DNA of 64,000 nucleotides, taken from assembly GCA_043228905.1 (NCBI GenBank), contig JBHGNT010000001.1:22816001-22880000 (forward strand), given 5' to 3'. Made by a program: the position numbers and the translations under genes. This DNA is from Azolla caroliniana (taxonomy: Eukaryota; Plantae; Polypodiophyta). Every line of letters begins with the position of its first letter. The first letter of the stretch is position 1. The notes below the pieces were generated by a model, which was not told where the DNA came from, searched no databases, and was given only the letters and a program-made list of their open reading frames with translations. This document shows, piece after piece, positions 51,406 to 64,000 of the stretch.

Positions 51406-54400
51406 TGATAGGGATATGGAGCGGAATCGGGATGATTCGTAATACCAACTCAAGAATCAAAATAAACAACACCACAACACAAAAAGAGAGTACACCAAAT
51501 TTTAACGTGGAAAACCCAAAAATTGGGAAAAACCACGGGAACCTTAGGTTCCAAAACAAATTCACTAATTTCTGAGTGTACAAGGCGTATATAGCCTCAA
51601 GAGTTTACTCTAGAGATATGCACTTATATTTCAAGGCTACCGCCTTGGATACAATGTTCACTCTACCAAATAAGATAAACAACCAAAAGAAAAACCCAAA
51701 AGAAACACAAACAAGTAAACCTGTTACGAGTAAACAGAAGAGTTGCTGTGGTCCAAACAACACCTCACTAGATCTCCGTCTTTACACTTGCAACGAGTTC
51801 TCGTTCTCGATCACCTTGTTCTCGAGCTCTCACACTTGTTCACTTGTTCACTTCTGATTTCTTGTGTCTTCTTACACACCTCTTTTTGTCGAATCTCTGT
51901 TTTCAGCCTCTTAGATATGTTTTCTTATGCACTTCGTTTTTCTCTATCTTTCTCTGTCTTTCTCGAAGACTTCCCTCTCAGTTTTCTGTTTTTACTCTCT
52001 GTTTTTCACTCACAAAATCAGATTGTATCACACTTGTATATTCTCTGTTTTTTTCTACACTCTCTTTCGTTGTCACAGTTTTTACGTCTGCCCCTCTTCC
52101 CTCAGCCTTGTAGGGCAACGTCCTTTTTCGAATCTGTTTTCACACCTGAACAAAACAGAACAAAAAAGACACACGCCCAAAAACATACAAAAAAAGAAAG
52201 AGAGGAAACATACATACATACATACATATATATATTTAAATGTAACTAATTAGTTTTAAGTTGTATTCGGCGTTTAGCCGACTTAACATTGTGGGCTCCA
52301 CTTGAGTGGACAGGCCCCAACAATTCTCCCCCTCCATCTCAAGTGGGAGGCACAACTAGGTTTGCCTTTTGTTTGCAAACTTCAAGCTTCTCCCTTGACA
52401 AACATTTTGTCATCATGTCAGAACCATTCTCATTTGTGTGAATCTTTTCAATGTGCATTTGCTTTTCTTCAAGCACATCTCTAATCCAGTGGTATCTAAC
52501 ATCTATGTGTTTTGACTTGGAATGAAAGGAAGAATTCTTACTTAAGTGTATAGCACTTTGGTTGTCACAATACAAGATGTATTTTTCTTGAGTCAGCCCC
52601 AACTCTTGTAGGAATTTCTTTAGCCATAACAATTCCTTACTAGCTTCTGTGACAGCAATATACTCGGCCTCCGTTGTGGATAATGCCACACATTTTTGCA
52701 ATCTCGATTGCCAAGAGACTGCTCCCCCTGCAAAGATCATTAGGTAACCAGATGTAGACTTTCTAGAGTCAACATCACCAGCCATATCGGCATCTGTATA
52801 TCCATCTAATATAGTTTTGTTCTCACCAAATTTTAGACAGACTCTTGAGGTACCCCTCAGATATCGCAAGATCCATTTCACTGCTTCCCAATGATCTTTT
52901 CCAGGGTTTGAGAGGAAACGGCTCACTACACCAACTGCGTGAGCAATGTCCGGCCTCGTGCATACCATAGCATACATTAAACTGCCGACTGCAGAGGCAT
53001 ATGGTATTTGTGTCATTTCTTCTTGCTCTTCATCACTCGTAGGGCATTGAGCTGAGCTAAGTTTAAAGTGGCCCGCGAGTGGAGTGTTGACCGGCTTACT
53101 CTTAGCCATGTTGAATCTCTCAAGTACCTTCTCAATGTACTTTTCTTGAGATAGCCAAAGTCTTTTATTTGCCCTGTCCCTGGTTATCTTCATCCCAAGG
53201 ATTTGCTTGGCTGGTCCCAAGTCTTTCATTGCAAAAGATTTGTTGAGTTCCTTTTTCAGCTTCTCAATCTTGTTGGTGTCTTGACCAACGATCAACATAT
53301 CATCAACATACAGGAGCAAAATGACAAAATCCCCATCTGGGAATTTCTTAACAAACACACAATGGTCTGTGTTTGTTCTATTATACCCATGGTTCAGCAT
53401 AAAAGAGTCAAACTTTTTCTACCAAAGTCTAGGAGCTTGTTTTAGGCCATACAAGCTCTTATTTAACTTGCATACCAGGTTTTCCTTACCTTTGACTTTG
53501 AATCCTTCGGGTTGATCCATGTAAATCTCTTCTTCCAAATCGCCATGGAGGAAGGCGGTTTTTACATCAAGTTGCTCAACTTCCAGATCGAGACTAGCTG
53601 TGATCCCAAGTACAACTCTGATCGAGGACATCTTCACCACTGGTGAGAAAATCTCCTCGAAATAAATTCCCTTTTTCTGGCTGAACCCTTTCACAACCAA
53701 TCTTGCCTTGTATCTTGGTTGTGAGCAATGTTCCTCAGTCTTGAGCCTGTAAACCCATTTGTTTTTCAGCGCTCTCTTGCCCTTAGGCAGCTTTACAAGA
53801 TCATAAGTGTGATTGTCTAGCAAAGACTTCATCTCATCATTCATGGTGTCAAGCCATTCCTCCTTATGATCATTTGCCATAGCTTCTCTAAAGCTTTCTG
53901 GCTCTCCTCCATCTGAAAGCATCACATATTCATGTGGGCTGTATCTAGTAGAAGGTCTTCTTTGTCTCATAGACCTTCTAACCTCTTCTTCTTCCGGAGG
54001 AGCTGCTGAATTGTCACCTAGAGTATGATGGTCATGATATTGCCCGTCATCATCGTTGGCTGCATCATCAGCCATATCATCATACTCCTCGGTATCTCCC
54101 CCATGACCTTGTGTGTCTGGGGCAGGCATTGGGTGTTCAGTGACTGAAAAATCAAGGGTGAGATTCGGCATTTCATTCGGCTCCGGATCTTGTAAGGTCT
54201 GATCCTCAAGGAATACCACATCCCTGCTTCTAATGACCTTTTTCTCTATTGGGTCATAAAGTCTATAGCCGAATTCCTCATGGCCGTATCCCAAAAATAT
54301 GCATGGTTTTCATTTGTCATCAAGCTTGGATCTTTCATCTTTTGGGATGTGGACATAAGCCTTGCAACCAAACACTCTTAAGTGTTTGTATGACACCTCC

Positions 54401-57293
54401 TTACCTGTCCAAACCCTTTCGGGTACATCACCATCCAAAGGGATTGATGGGGACAGATTAATGAGGTCAACGACAGTCCTCATTGCTTCACCCCAAAAAG
54501 ATTTCGGTAATTTTGAATGGGATAGCATGCATCTTATCCGCTCACAAATTGTCCTATTCATCCTCTCAGCCACGCCATTGTGCTGAGGTGTTTTCGGGAC
54601 ACTTCTCTCTAGTCTAATACCATGCTCATGACAATATCCCTCAAATCGTCCCTGATATTCACCGCCGTTATCGGCACGGATACATTTCAGCTTTCTTCCT
54701 GTTTCTCTTTCCACACTTACATGAAAGTTCCTAAAGATTTCAAACACTTGATCTTTAGTCTTTAATGCAAAGCACCACAACTTCCTTGAGAAGTCATCGA
54801 TAAATGTGGCAAAGTACAATGCTCCCCCGAGAGTTCTATCTTTCATATAGCACAAGTCCGTGTGCACCAATTCCAATGGCTGAGATTTTCTTTTTGGGGG
54901 CAGATGTTGAAAGGCAACTCTGTGTTGTTTGCCGGCCAAGCAATCAACACAAGTTTCTAAGTGCATACCTCTTATCTCAGGTAGGATGTTCTTTCTAGCT
55001 AGCACCTCAAGTCCTTTTTGACTCATGTGCCCAAGTCTCTTGTGCCACAATTCAATGGGAACTTCCTTATCGGCTACATTTACCTCCCCATTGGACACCA
55101 TAGCACGCATTACGTAGAGAGAATTCTGTTTTAGGCATCTTGCTAATACTAGCGAGCCTTTGATGAGCTTCCATTTTCCTTCACCGAAGGAATTTGTGTA
55201 ACCCTCATCATCAAGCTTACCGGCTGAAATAATATTCAGCCGAATGTCCGGTACATGCCTAACATCATTTAATACTAGTTTGCAACCCGTGTCCATGGTT
55301 AGAATTATATTTCCCATGCCAACAACCTCTGTTATGCCGTGGTTCGCCATTTTGACTTTACCAAAGTCACCACCGGCATATGTCGAAAACATCTCTCGAT
55401 ATGGAGTAATGTGATACGAGGCTCCCGAGTCAATAATCCAATCAGTTTGTTGGCATGCTAAGCTAACACACACATCATCACATGCAATGACAATGTCGCC
55501 ATCACAAGTGGCTGTAGTGGGGTCATTGCTCTTATTGTCGGTGGTTCCTTTCTTTTGGTCTTTCTTTTTCTTCCAATAGTCTCTCTCATAATGGTTTGGA
55601 CCACCACAATAATGACACGTGAAGTCTTTCTTGAAGTCTTTCCTACCTCTAGATTTTGACCTCCCCTCATCATTATTTCTATGACCTTGTGGACCCCGAG
55701 TATGGCGTCTTCCCCTATCGGGATTCTTTTCTATGAGCAAGGCTTCCTCATTATTAGATTCACGCTCCTTTCGTCGTGCTTCTTCATGCAAAAGACTCGA
55801 TTTGAGTGAATCCAATGTTAGCTCCTTATATTGTGTTGCGGTCCCAAGCGTCACGACACGGGTTTCCCAACTATCTGGGAGAGAGCCTAACAACAACAAA
55901 GTCAACACCTCATGTGCTAAAGGTATTTCTAGGGAGATTGTTTGACTTACAAGTCCTTGAAAAGTGTTAAGATGCTCTGCCATACTAGAGCCATCTTGGT
56001 ATCTAAGTCTTACAAGTTTCCTAAACACCGAGACCCTATTCAAGGCATTTTTAGTCTGAAACATGGTTTCTATTTTCCCCCATAGTTCGTGTGCCTTGGT
56101 TTCATCTACAAAATTGTTATATAGACTCATATCTATGAAACAACGTATATATGATGTTGGTTTTAGATGCATTGCATCCCAAGTTGATGCATTTATGTCT
56201 TCAGGTTTGCTTTGACCATGTAGTACGGGCAGATACATGTCTTTACACACCAACATGTCTCTCATTTTAGATCTCCAAATGGAGTAGTTGGATCCCGTTA
56301 ATTTAATCATCCCCCCTAATGATTCATCCATATTCCAAGTCTTTGCGGAGGGTATGAACCTTGCTCTGATACCACTTGATAGGGATATGGAGCGGAATCG
56401 GGATGATTCGTAATACCAACTCAAGAATCAAAATAAACAACACCACAACACAAAAAGAGAGTACACCAAATTTTAACGTGGAAAACCCAAAAATTGGGAA
56501 AAACCACGGGAACCTTAGGTTCCAAAACAAATTCACTAATTTCTGAGTGTACAAGGCGTATATAGCCTCAAGAGTTTACTCTAGAGATATGCACTTATAT
56601 TTCAAGGCTACCGCCTTGGATACAATGTTCACTCTACCAAATAAGATAAACAACCAAAAGAAAAACCCAAAAGAAACACAAACAAGTAAACCTGTTACGA
56701 GTAAACAGAAGAGTTGCTGTGGTCCAAACAACACCTCACTAGATCTCCGTCTTTACACTTGCAACGAGTTCTCGTTCTCGATCACCTTGTTCTCGAGCTC
56801 TCACACTTGTTCACTTGTTCACTTCTGATTTCTTGTGTCTTCTTACACACCTCTTTTTGTCGAATCTCTGTTTTCAGCCTCTTAGATATGTTTTCTTATG
56901 CACTTCGTTTTTCTCTATCTTTCTCTGTCTTTCTCGAAGACTTCCCTCTCAGTTTTCTGTTTTTACTCTCTGTTTTTCACTCACAAAATCAGATTGTATC
57001 ACACTTGTATATTCTCTGTTTTTTTCTACACTCTCTTTCGTTGTCACAGTTTTTACGTCTGCCCCTCTTCCCTCAGCCTTGTAGGGCAACGTCCTTTTTC
57101 GAATCTGTTTTCACACCTGAACAAAACAGAACAAAAAAGACACACGCCCAAAAACATACAAAAAAAGAAAGAGAGGAAACATACATACATACATACATAT
57201 ATATATTTAAATGTAACTAATTAGTTTTAAGTTGTATTCGGCGTTTAGCCGACTTAACATTGTGGGCTCCACTTGAGTGGACAGGCCCCAACA
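51406..57293 (-). mobile_element. Very young Ty1/Copia (Tork/Tnt1-like) retrotransposon
   Basis: 917-bp LTRs 51406-52322 and 56377-57293 with no difference seen; PBS 56363-56374; PPT ~52326-52337; no 5-bp TSD (CACCT vs CATAG). Confidence 0.96.
52339..56331 (-). pseudogene. Copia polyprotein, one frame with two in-frame stops (54310-54312, 53419-53421)
   Basis: ORFs 54310-56424, 53419-54294 and 52339-53400 share a frame; WIIDSGAS, VHTDL, LYVDDM, ALSTTEAEY. Confidence 0.93.
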
Positions 57294-59089
57294 CATAGTT
57301 GCTTTGCAACAATGTAAAACCCAGTCGGATAATTGGTTCCATCAAGCTTATCTTCAGCTTGAAGCATGCCAAACAAGTTATTGTTACTTTCCATTTCATA
57401 AAAGAACTTGAAAGTAACAGGACATTGACAAAAACAAAGTTAAACGCGATTCACAATCTATAATTCTGATGGTGATTTTAACTGCACAGAGGCGGAAACA
57501 AAAAAAAACATGATGAGAAGGAACTAAACTTGGTTTAATACCACTGATACGTATGTGATCTCCTTCTCCGATCTTGTGTGTGCTTCTATCTGTGATCATT
57601 CACTCTCTCACAAAACTATCAATATTGGGACATTTAATTAAGAAACGAAAAACCTCGAGCAATTATGTTACTATAAAAATATAGCATTTCTGAAGGCTTC
57701 TTTCTCAAAGGTGGATGTCACATTGCATATCCACAATGTTTATGTCTTTAAAATTCTAGTTATCAAGGGCTGTTGTGTATTCAAATTCATAGTTTGATTG
57801 TATAGAGTTTGAAATGAATGTAGCATCAACCCTAAAATCTTCCACCAGTGAATTGTTGTCACAAGATTGAAACCATTCAATGTATATTTTGAGAGACTGT
57901 TGCAAATATGTTAGTGAATGTAGTTTATAATCTAGATGTAATGTATATTCTTTGTGTTGTTCCATAAAGCTCTCATACTCGCAAAATGTTTGTATTAGTT
58001 GTCTTATACAACTATTCTTTCATCTAATTCTTTAGTAATAATTGGATCTTGGTTGTTTTCTAATGAATGTTAAATGTGACAATGCCTTTACGATACTATC
58101 AACTTCTTGCCATAGAGTTGTTGAAGATGTTTCCATAACTCTAAAATATTTTGAATTGTAGTAGCTATGATTTTAATGTCCAACGCTTGTGTGCAAAAGT
58201 TTAGTTCCTAACATCAGTATAAACCTTAAGAATGTCATACCATTAACAGAACTCACATGCAATCCAATGCTAGGAGGAAGTGATCCTAATGTTAGCTAGG
58301 AGGAAGTGATCTAATGTTAAAGTCTGATAATAATGTGATCCTAAAAATCGTAAGATGTTAATTTTTTAGTAACTATATATGACATGGTTGACATGCAATC
58401 CTAGTGCTCAACCCTTTTTTGTGTGTATGTGGGAAACATTAATGTTTTAGTCTTTCAATTGTGGAAAAAAATATCATGTTAATATTGTGTGAAACCCTTT
58501 TTGTAGGAGCAAATTGATAGTGTACACTCAATAATATCTCATACATAAATTGCAAAGACAAATAAAAATGATCGAGTGAAATTTGAGACTTGATGTCAAA
58601 AATCTTTATTGTCTCACTATCATGTTTATATACTTGTATTTGTTATTTCAATAAGAAAAAACCTCATGAATCTAAAAACACTAATTTACGAGGACAATGC
58701 ATCTACATGTGCTTTAGAATATAATATCATATTAAAATCTCAACGCATCTGAAGACTTTTGAGAGGTTTGATTGAAGAAATGTTTGCCAATAGTTCTATT
58801 TAACAAAAATTAACAATCAAATCATGCTCCTTGGAATGACATTGAGATGGGCCATATAATTCCTGATTCTCTTGTCCCATATTTGGATATTTCTAACGCT
58901 TATTGTGTATACTCTACCATACATACTTTTAAGTTTTAACACAATTTGTTTGTATCTTATACCGTATACGTATAATTCACCGTATAATCGGAGGGCTTCT
59001 TTGTATACCGTATATGTATGTCAGTAAACTGCTAACTATATAATCTTAGAGCATGAGATACGACGTATGAGAGAGCCAGAGACAAAGAG

Positions 59090-62000
59090 AAAAGAAAGAT
59101 ATATTAACGTCTTCTAAGACCAAAATTGGCCCATGAGACAATTGGTTTACAACGAAAATGGGGTATTTATCCATTCATTGAAAGTAAAAAATAAAATAAA
59201 ATAAAATACAATAGAACTTAAGCTAAAGAGTCTAGTAAAAAAACATGGCTTTATACTAGATCGAGTTTCATTTCTATCCAAGTCTCTTGAAAAGAAGCGG
59301 GAGGTCAAAGGGTTTCAATGTGGATGTGGCCTGTCGTCCCAATGTAAAAGGTACCCCAACCATAGCTTTTAGGCGGCGTAGCTCACATTCCCTTATCTTC
59401 TTAATCGTTTCTACTCCACGTCGAGGAACTTTGAAGCCCAACATCCAAGGACGTTTGATTGTTCTTTGCATTTCTGCTTCATCAAGAGAGAGGTTGAGTG
59501 GTGTAGGTGTGTCCACATTCATTGTCTCCCCTTGTTCTTGAAAAATTACATTAGTTACATGTTGGTGCATACTATAAGGGTTATGGTTAACACTTTGTAA
59601 TTTATTCTCCCTATGTTGTTTTAGCTCTAAGATATACCTACCTAGTTTCTTTATATCTGGGGTATCTAATATTTTGGAGAGGGTGGGAGAGGGTGGTCCT
59701 AGTATGTCTTAGTATTTCACCTTTATCTCGGTATAAGTTGGACACTTGCATGTAAAGTGATACTCATCCTCTATCTCTATGTGACATAACCTACATAGCC
59801 TTTCCTCTCTAGGAACTCTATTAGCATGACCATTCTCAATCTCAAGTTGGTGAGATGATATCCTAAGTTGTCCAATGGCCACCCTTAGTGCATTTGATAA
59901 GAATGTATCTAGATATTTTGGTCGTGTAATAAAACCTAACTTAGAGAAGTGCAAGAAGTGTTCCTTATAGTACAACATTTTAGATGGGAGTGACTCTCGT
60001 GGGGTGATCCATTTAAATCGAGTGTAAATTTGCCATATTTCTTGGCGTATTACTTTATTACGGTCTTCATGAGAGATTAAAGTTTGATGAGTCCTATGGT
60101 TGTACTTAAGGGGAGGTATGTTATTAATGTCTATACCATTTGCAAGTAGCCAACTCACTATAGTGCTATACCAAGAACTAGTGTCTCCAGACGCATATAG
60201 GGATCGGGATGCCTCAAAATCTTGACAGGATATCCTATCTTGTGGTTGGCTATGTATCCAATGAATAAAAACTACCACTTGGAAAAGTGCTTCTACTAAC
60301 ATCGGGGGCAAACTAAACTCTGCTCTAATGATGTAATGTGGTACTATTGATTTGCTTCAGAGTTGACGTGATAACATCGTCACCAAAGGTCTCTCTAATT
60401 GCGTCCACATGAAAGATGGTAGACCTGGAGCCCATACTACTAATGCATACATGAGGGAAGGGGTCACTAATGAGTCGAAGAGCCATCCCTTAGTCTGTGG
60501 CTCTTGAAAGTATGCTTGGTGGCATTGTCTCTCTAAGAGTGAGAGGGATGCATACCCTCTCGTTAGAATATATTTGGTTGCCTGGGTCATCGAGAATTTA
60601 CCTGAGCGAGCACTAAAACTTACTCCTAGATATACATATGATCCAACTATCTCAACTAGGTTATGAGGGAGGATTAGGTGACCTTTACTCCTCACTCGAG
60701 ACAATGCATGAAAGATAAGGACTTTCATTTTCGCTAGATTCACTACCAGTCCTCGTTGTGTGCAAATTTAGTCATCCAGGGCATTAAGATGCTTTTGTAG
60801 TTCGTGTTCAGACTCCGAGAGCAAGACAATATCGTCTGCGTAGAGTAAGAGACTAACTTGCGTACCCCCAATGGCTACTCCGCTGCCTCCCTTACGAGCA
60901 ATAAATAAGTGATCTCATCAATGTAGATCCCAAAAAGAGTCAGTGATAGGGAGCAACCTTGTTTTACACCAATGGTGCTGGTGAAGCAATCAGATAGGCC
61001 ACCTGGGCATCTACGCACACAAAGACTTGCTCATATAGAGCATAGATGGCCCAAATAATGTCATTTGGTATCTCTAAGCTTTTAAGCCTATCAAACAACC
61101 GCTCCTTAGGAATTGTGTCAAAGGCTTTACGGAAGTCCACTTCTTGCGAGCCTTCATCTGGTCAATTAAGCATCTAAGTGTGACGATATGGTCAATAGTG
61201 GAGAAAGCTCGTCTAGCGCCAGCCTGCTCAAGTGCTCAAACACTTAAGGTTTCCATATAATCGTGGAGTTCTTGTTCCATTACTGCACCATATATTTTAG
61301 TGAGCGTATGACCTATCATAATGGTCCTATATGTATTTGGGTCCATTGGGTCCCCTCCTTTATGTATAGGGGCCCATTGTGTTCATGGTCCATTGTAGTG
61401 GAAGACCCTCGACGAGGGCATGGTTGAAGATTAGAGCGAGAAAAGGGGCCAAGCACTCTCGAGCATATATGATGTGTTTGGCTTGCAATCCTGTGTGGTC
61501 CATGGATTTCCTATGTTGTAATTTTTTATGACCTTCGTGACCCTAGAGGTCGTAAAAAGTGTTCCCATGGTAGGTCGAGGTGTGGAAGGCATTGGAATGG
61601 GTGGTTGGTTCGGGACGTGGTAGAGTCTCTTTTTATATGTGTGCCAAGTGTTGGGATCCTCGATGGGTGTTTGTGGTCTCGGTTTCCGTAGTCTCTTCCA
61701 TGTAAGGGCATAGTCCCTACTCATGAGCATGTGGTATAGTTCCCAATATTGAGATGCTTCCCAAGCTCGTCTTTTACAATGTGTCATCTTGCGCATCTCT
61801 TGCGAGCCTGTATTGGTTCGGGACGTGGTAGAGTCTCTTTTTATATGTGTGCCAAGTGTTGGGATCCTCGATGGGTGTTTGTGGTCTCGGTTTCCGTAGT
61901 CTCTTCCATGTAAGGGCGTAGTCCCTACTCATGAGCATGTGGTATAGTTCCCAATATTGAGATGCTTCCCAAGCTCGTCTTTTACAATGTGTCATCTTGC

Positions 62001-62517
62001 ACATCTCTTGCGAGCCTGTATTGAGTAAATAGTACCACTAAGTTGCGACACCTTAAGTTGTGTATACAAGTCTCTACAATCCTCATCATACCACCTATTC
62101 TATGGCATAGACCCTATTCTAATGTGATTGGAGTGTTTCGTGTATGGGAAGCTACTAATTGTTGTTGAGTGAAGGATGTGTGTGAGTTATGTAGTGAGGT
62201 TCTCTAAAGGCAGGGAAGAATCAAGAGAGGAGAGATGGGCTTGAACATGTCGGGAGTAGATGTTAGAGAGCTCATGTGTGAAATGTATTGTGGTGTGATG
62301 GTTTAGTTGACTAGAGTTGGTGGTGTTGGAGGTGTTGCATTTTAGATCAAAGTATAGGAAGCTATGGTCTACACCAATAGGGCATGGGACCACCCGGAAG
62401 GAGTTAATCATGTGGGTAGCTTCAGGGCATCATATTAGGTAATCAACTATGCTTTCCCCTCCTCCATGTGGGAAACATGTGAGCTCTTCTGAGCCCGGCC
62501 ATTTGGCTAAACCGTTA
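59090..62517 (-). mobile_element. LINE (RTEX-like), same family as 30593-38658; endonuclease end, RT, zinc motif, C-terminal extension, 3' UTR
   Basis: GVKQGCSLS, LLYADDIV, YVYLGV, RISSHQLEIENG...RLCRLC...EDEYHF; last ~50 nt identical to the 38612-38658 end. Confidence 0.9.
61605..62020. repeat. 208-bp tandem duplication inside the LINE
   Basis: 61605-61812 and 61813-62020 are near-identical. Confidence 0.92.
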
Positions 62518-64000
62518 TGTTGAGAATCAAGCTCAATTTGGTCTAGTGTGTGAACTCACCTTGAGAGTGAATAGCCACTCCAACGGTCAAGAGTCACCAC
62601 TATGTCACCACTTTGTATTCTAGCATTTAGTATGAGTCATAGAATCATATTCTATGACACATAACTTATGAGCTTTCACATTCCCCATGCTCCATGAGTC
62701 TTGTAGTTAATGAAGAGAGAGGGTGACTATATAAAGCACCCTCATCCCACTTTGTACAACGTTGTGTCTTTCTGCTTTGTTAATATATTTAACCTTGCGT
62801 GTACTCTGTGTCTCTCTCTCTTTCTTTCTTTCTCTCTCTCTCTCTCATACACACACACACAGTTCACACCTATTCCGCTTCACAAGAATCCATCTCTTGA
62901 TTCTTTACATGGTATCAGAGCGATTTGGTAGCTCGATCTAGCCCATTCGACTCATCGTGATCGTGTGTTGTGCTCCACGCCGACGACCAAGAACTGGCTG
63001 ATCGCTATCGTAGCTTCGCTACATAGCTCGCATTCGAAGAGAGAAGAAGAAGAAGAAAAATCTACATAATGAATACTCAAATGGGGAGCGCTCTCCTTAC
63101 CGAGAAGTTGGATCGAAACAACTTCGCATCTTGGGAGTACAAGATGCACCAATACCTTGTCGGACAAGGCTATTGGAGCTACATCAAAAGAGCGCATGTG
63201 TCATGAAGACAACATTTTGGTTATCAAGAATCGAACCCACGACTTCTTGGTCTATGTGTTGAGCCCTTAACCCTTGTAATAACATATATGTTGTGTGATT
63301 ATAATAATTATGTTTCTAGTTATTACAAGATATTAGAATATTCTAGAACATTCTAGAACATTCTAGATTATTCTAGAATATCCTTTAATATTTCATGATT
63401 ATATTTCTTATCATAAAATCTAAAATATTCTAGAACATTCTAGATTACTCCATAAGGACCTATAAATAATTGTCTATACATTCGTTTCAACTCATTCGGT
63501 TCAACACCAGTCTTTAGCCCTTAGCCTACTCATTGTAATCTTGTTTCATCATAATATAATCTCATTTCTATTTCAAGTCTTATCTCTCTCACACTCTCTC
63601 TCTCTCACGCACACACACACACACCCTCTCTCTTTCGCTCTCACTCTCGCTCTCACTCTATCTTCTACCCACGAGTCTCGACAGCATGAAGACCGACCCG
63701 CCGAAGCGGCTCCCGGATACGCGACATGGGAGCAAGCCACAAGCCGCGTGATGTATTGTTTGGCGACATGTATTCACGACCACATGCTCGGTTACATTCG
63801 AGAAGCCAAGACGCCGAAGGAAGCGTGGGAAAATCTACGAAAGATTTTCGCCGCCAACACGACCGCGAGGAAGCTTCAACTCCGCCAAGAGTTGAACAAC
63901 ATTCAACAAAGGGACATGTCTATCACGACATACACCTTGAAGATCAAGGAACTTTGTGACTTGCTCGGCTCAATAAGCGTAAGTATAGATGATGATGAGA
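62518..64000 (+). mobile_element. Ty1/Copia 5' part (LTR 62518-62909, PBS 62910-62921, gag from ~63080), related to the 32684-38123 element; runs off the window
   Basis: TGTTGAGA...TTTACA LTR; gag TEKLDRNNFASWEYKMHQYL versus TEKLDRNNYMSWSYKMHQYL. Confidence 0.9.
63199..63683. mobile_element. Solo LTR inserted in the Copia gag
   Basis: TGTC...GACA termini; exact TSD GCATG (63194-63198, 63684-63688); gag resumes afterwards. Confidence 0.88.

Larger units (their letters stand above)
49627..57450 (-). mobile_element. Old degraded Copia remnant (gag to integrase), split at 51403/57294 by a young Copia
   Basis: QAEDKLDGTNY, WDGKNAQAHALIAL, FGHLNF, YFVTFIDD, QKLDDKAKKCIFVGYS fragments; VAKQL-WNIV rejoins across the insertion. 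Confidence 0.75.

Noticed and set aside
51576-52253. Four overlapping ORFs duplicated at 56547-57224
   Set aside because: Low-complexity LTR sequence; identity reflects young LTRs.
57650-58950. Possible decayed hAT transposase on the minus strand
   Set aside because: Only vague peptide resemblance; no diagnostic motif, TIR or TSD.

Overview
Eukaryotic land-plant nuclear DNA, roughly two-thirds transposon-derived. The PLS-type PPR gene, RTEX-like LINEs and non-chromoviral Gypsy RT suggest a non-seed plant such as a fern (inference). Host genes: a 7-exon transmembrane-9/endomembrane protein 70 gene (14898-19912), tRNA-Thr(TGT) (21222-21293), a 5-exon pectate lyase (44527-46886, hAT-type MITE in intron 3) and an intronless PLS-class PPR gene (47619-49001). 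The most notable object is a 19.3-kb nest (23322-42625). Its outer element is a DNA transposon with an exact 8-bp TSD (ACATTACA; an unsplit empty-site paralogue lies at ~12000-12400), bipartite inverted ends and a decayed transposase resembling the P-element superfamily, which is not a recognised component of flowering-plant genomes. Inside it is a Pack-MULE-like element carrying a fasciclin-like arabinogalactan gene. That gene is split by a Copia element whose two LTRs were each hit, at the same (CT)n microsatellite, by RTEX-like LINEs, one of which contains another Copia. Also present: a chromoviral Gypsy with three full LTRs, a partial LTR and an inverted pol fragment inside one TSD; a very young Tork/Tnt1-like Copia with an aberrant, apparently unprocessed U5 junction; and two solo LTRs. 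All calls are from reading the sequence; no database searches were run.
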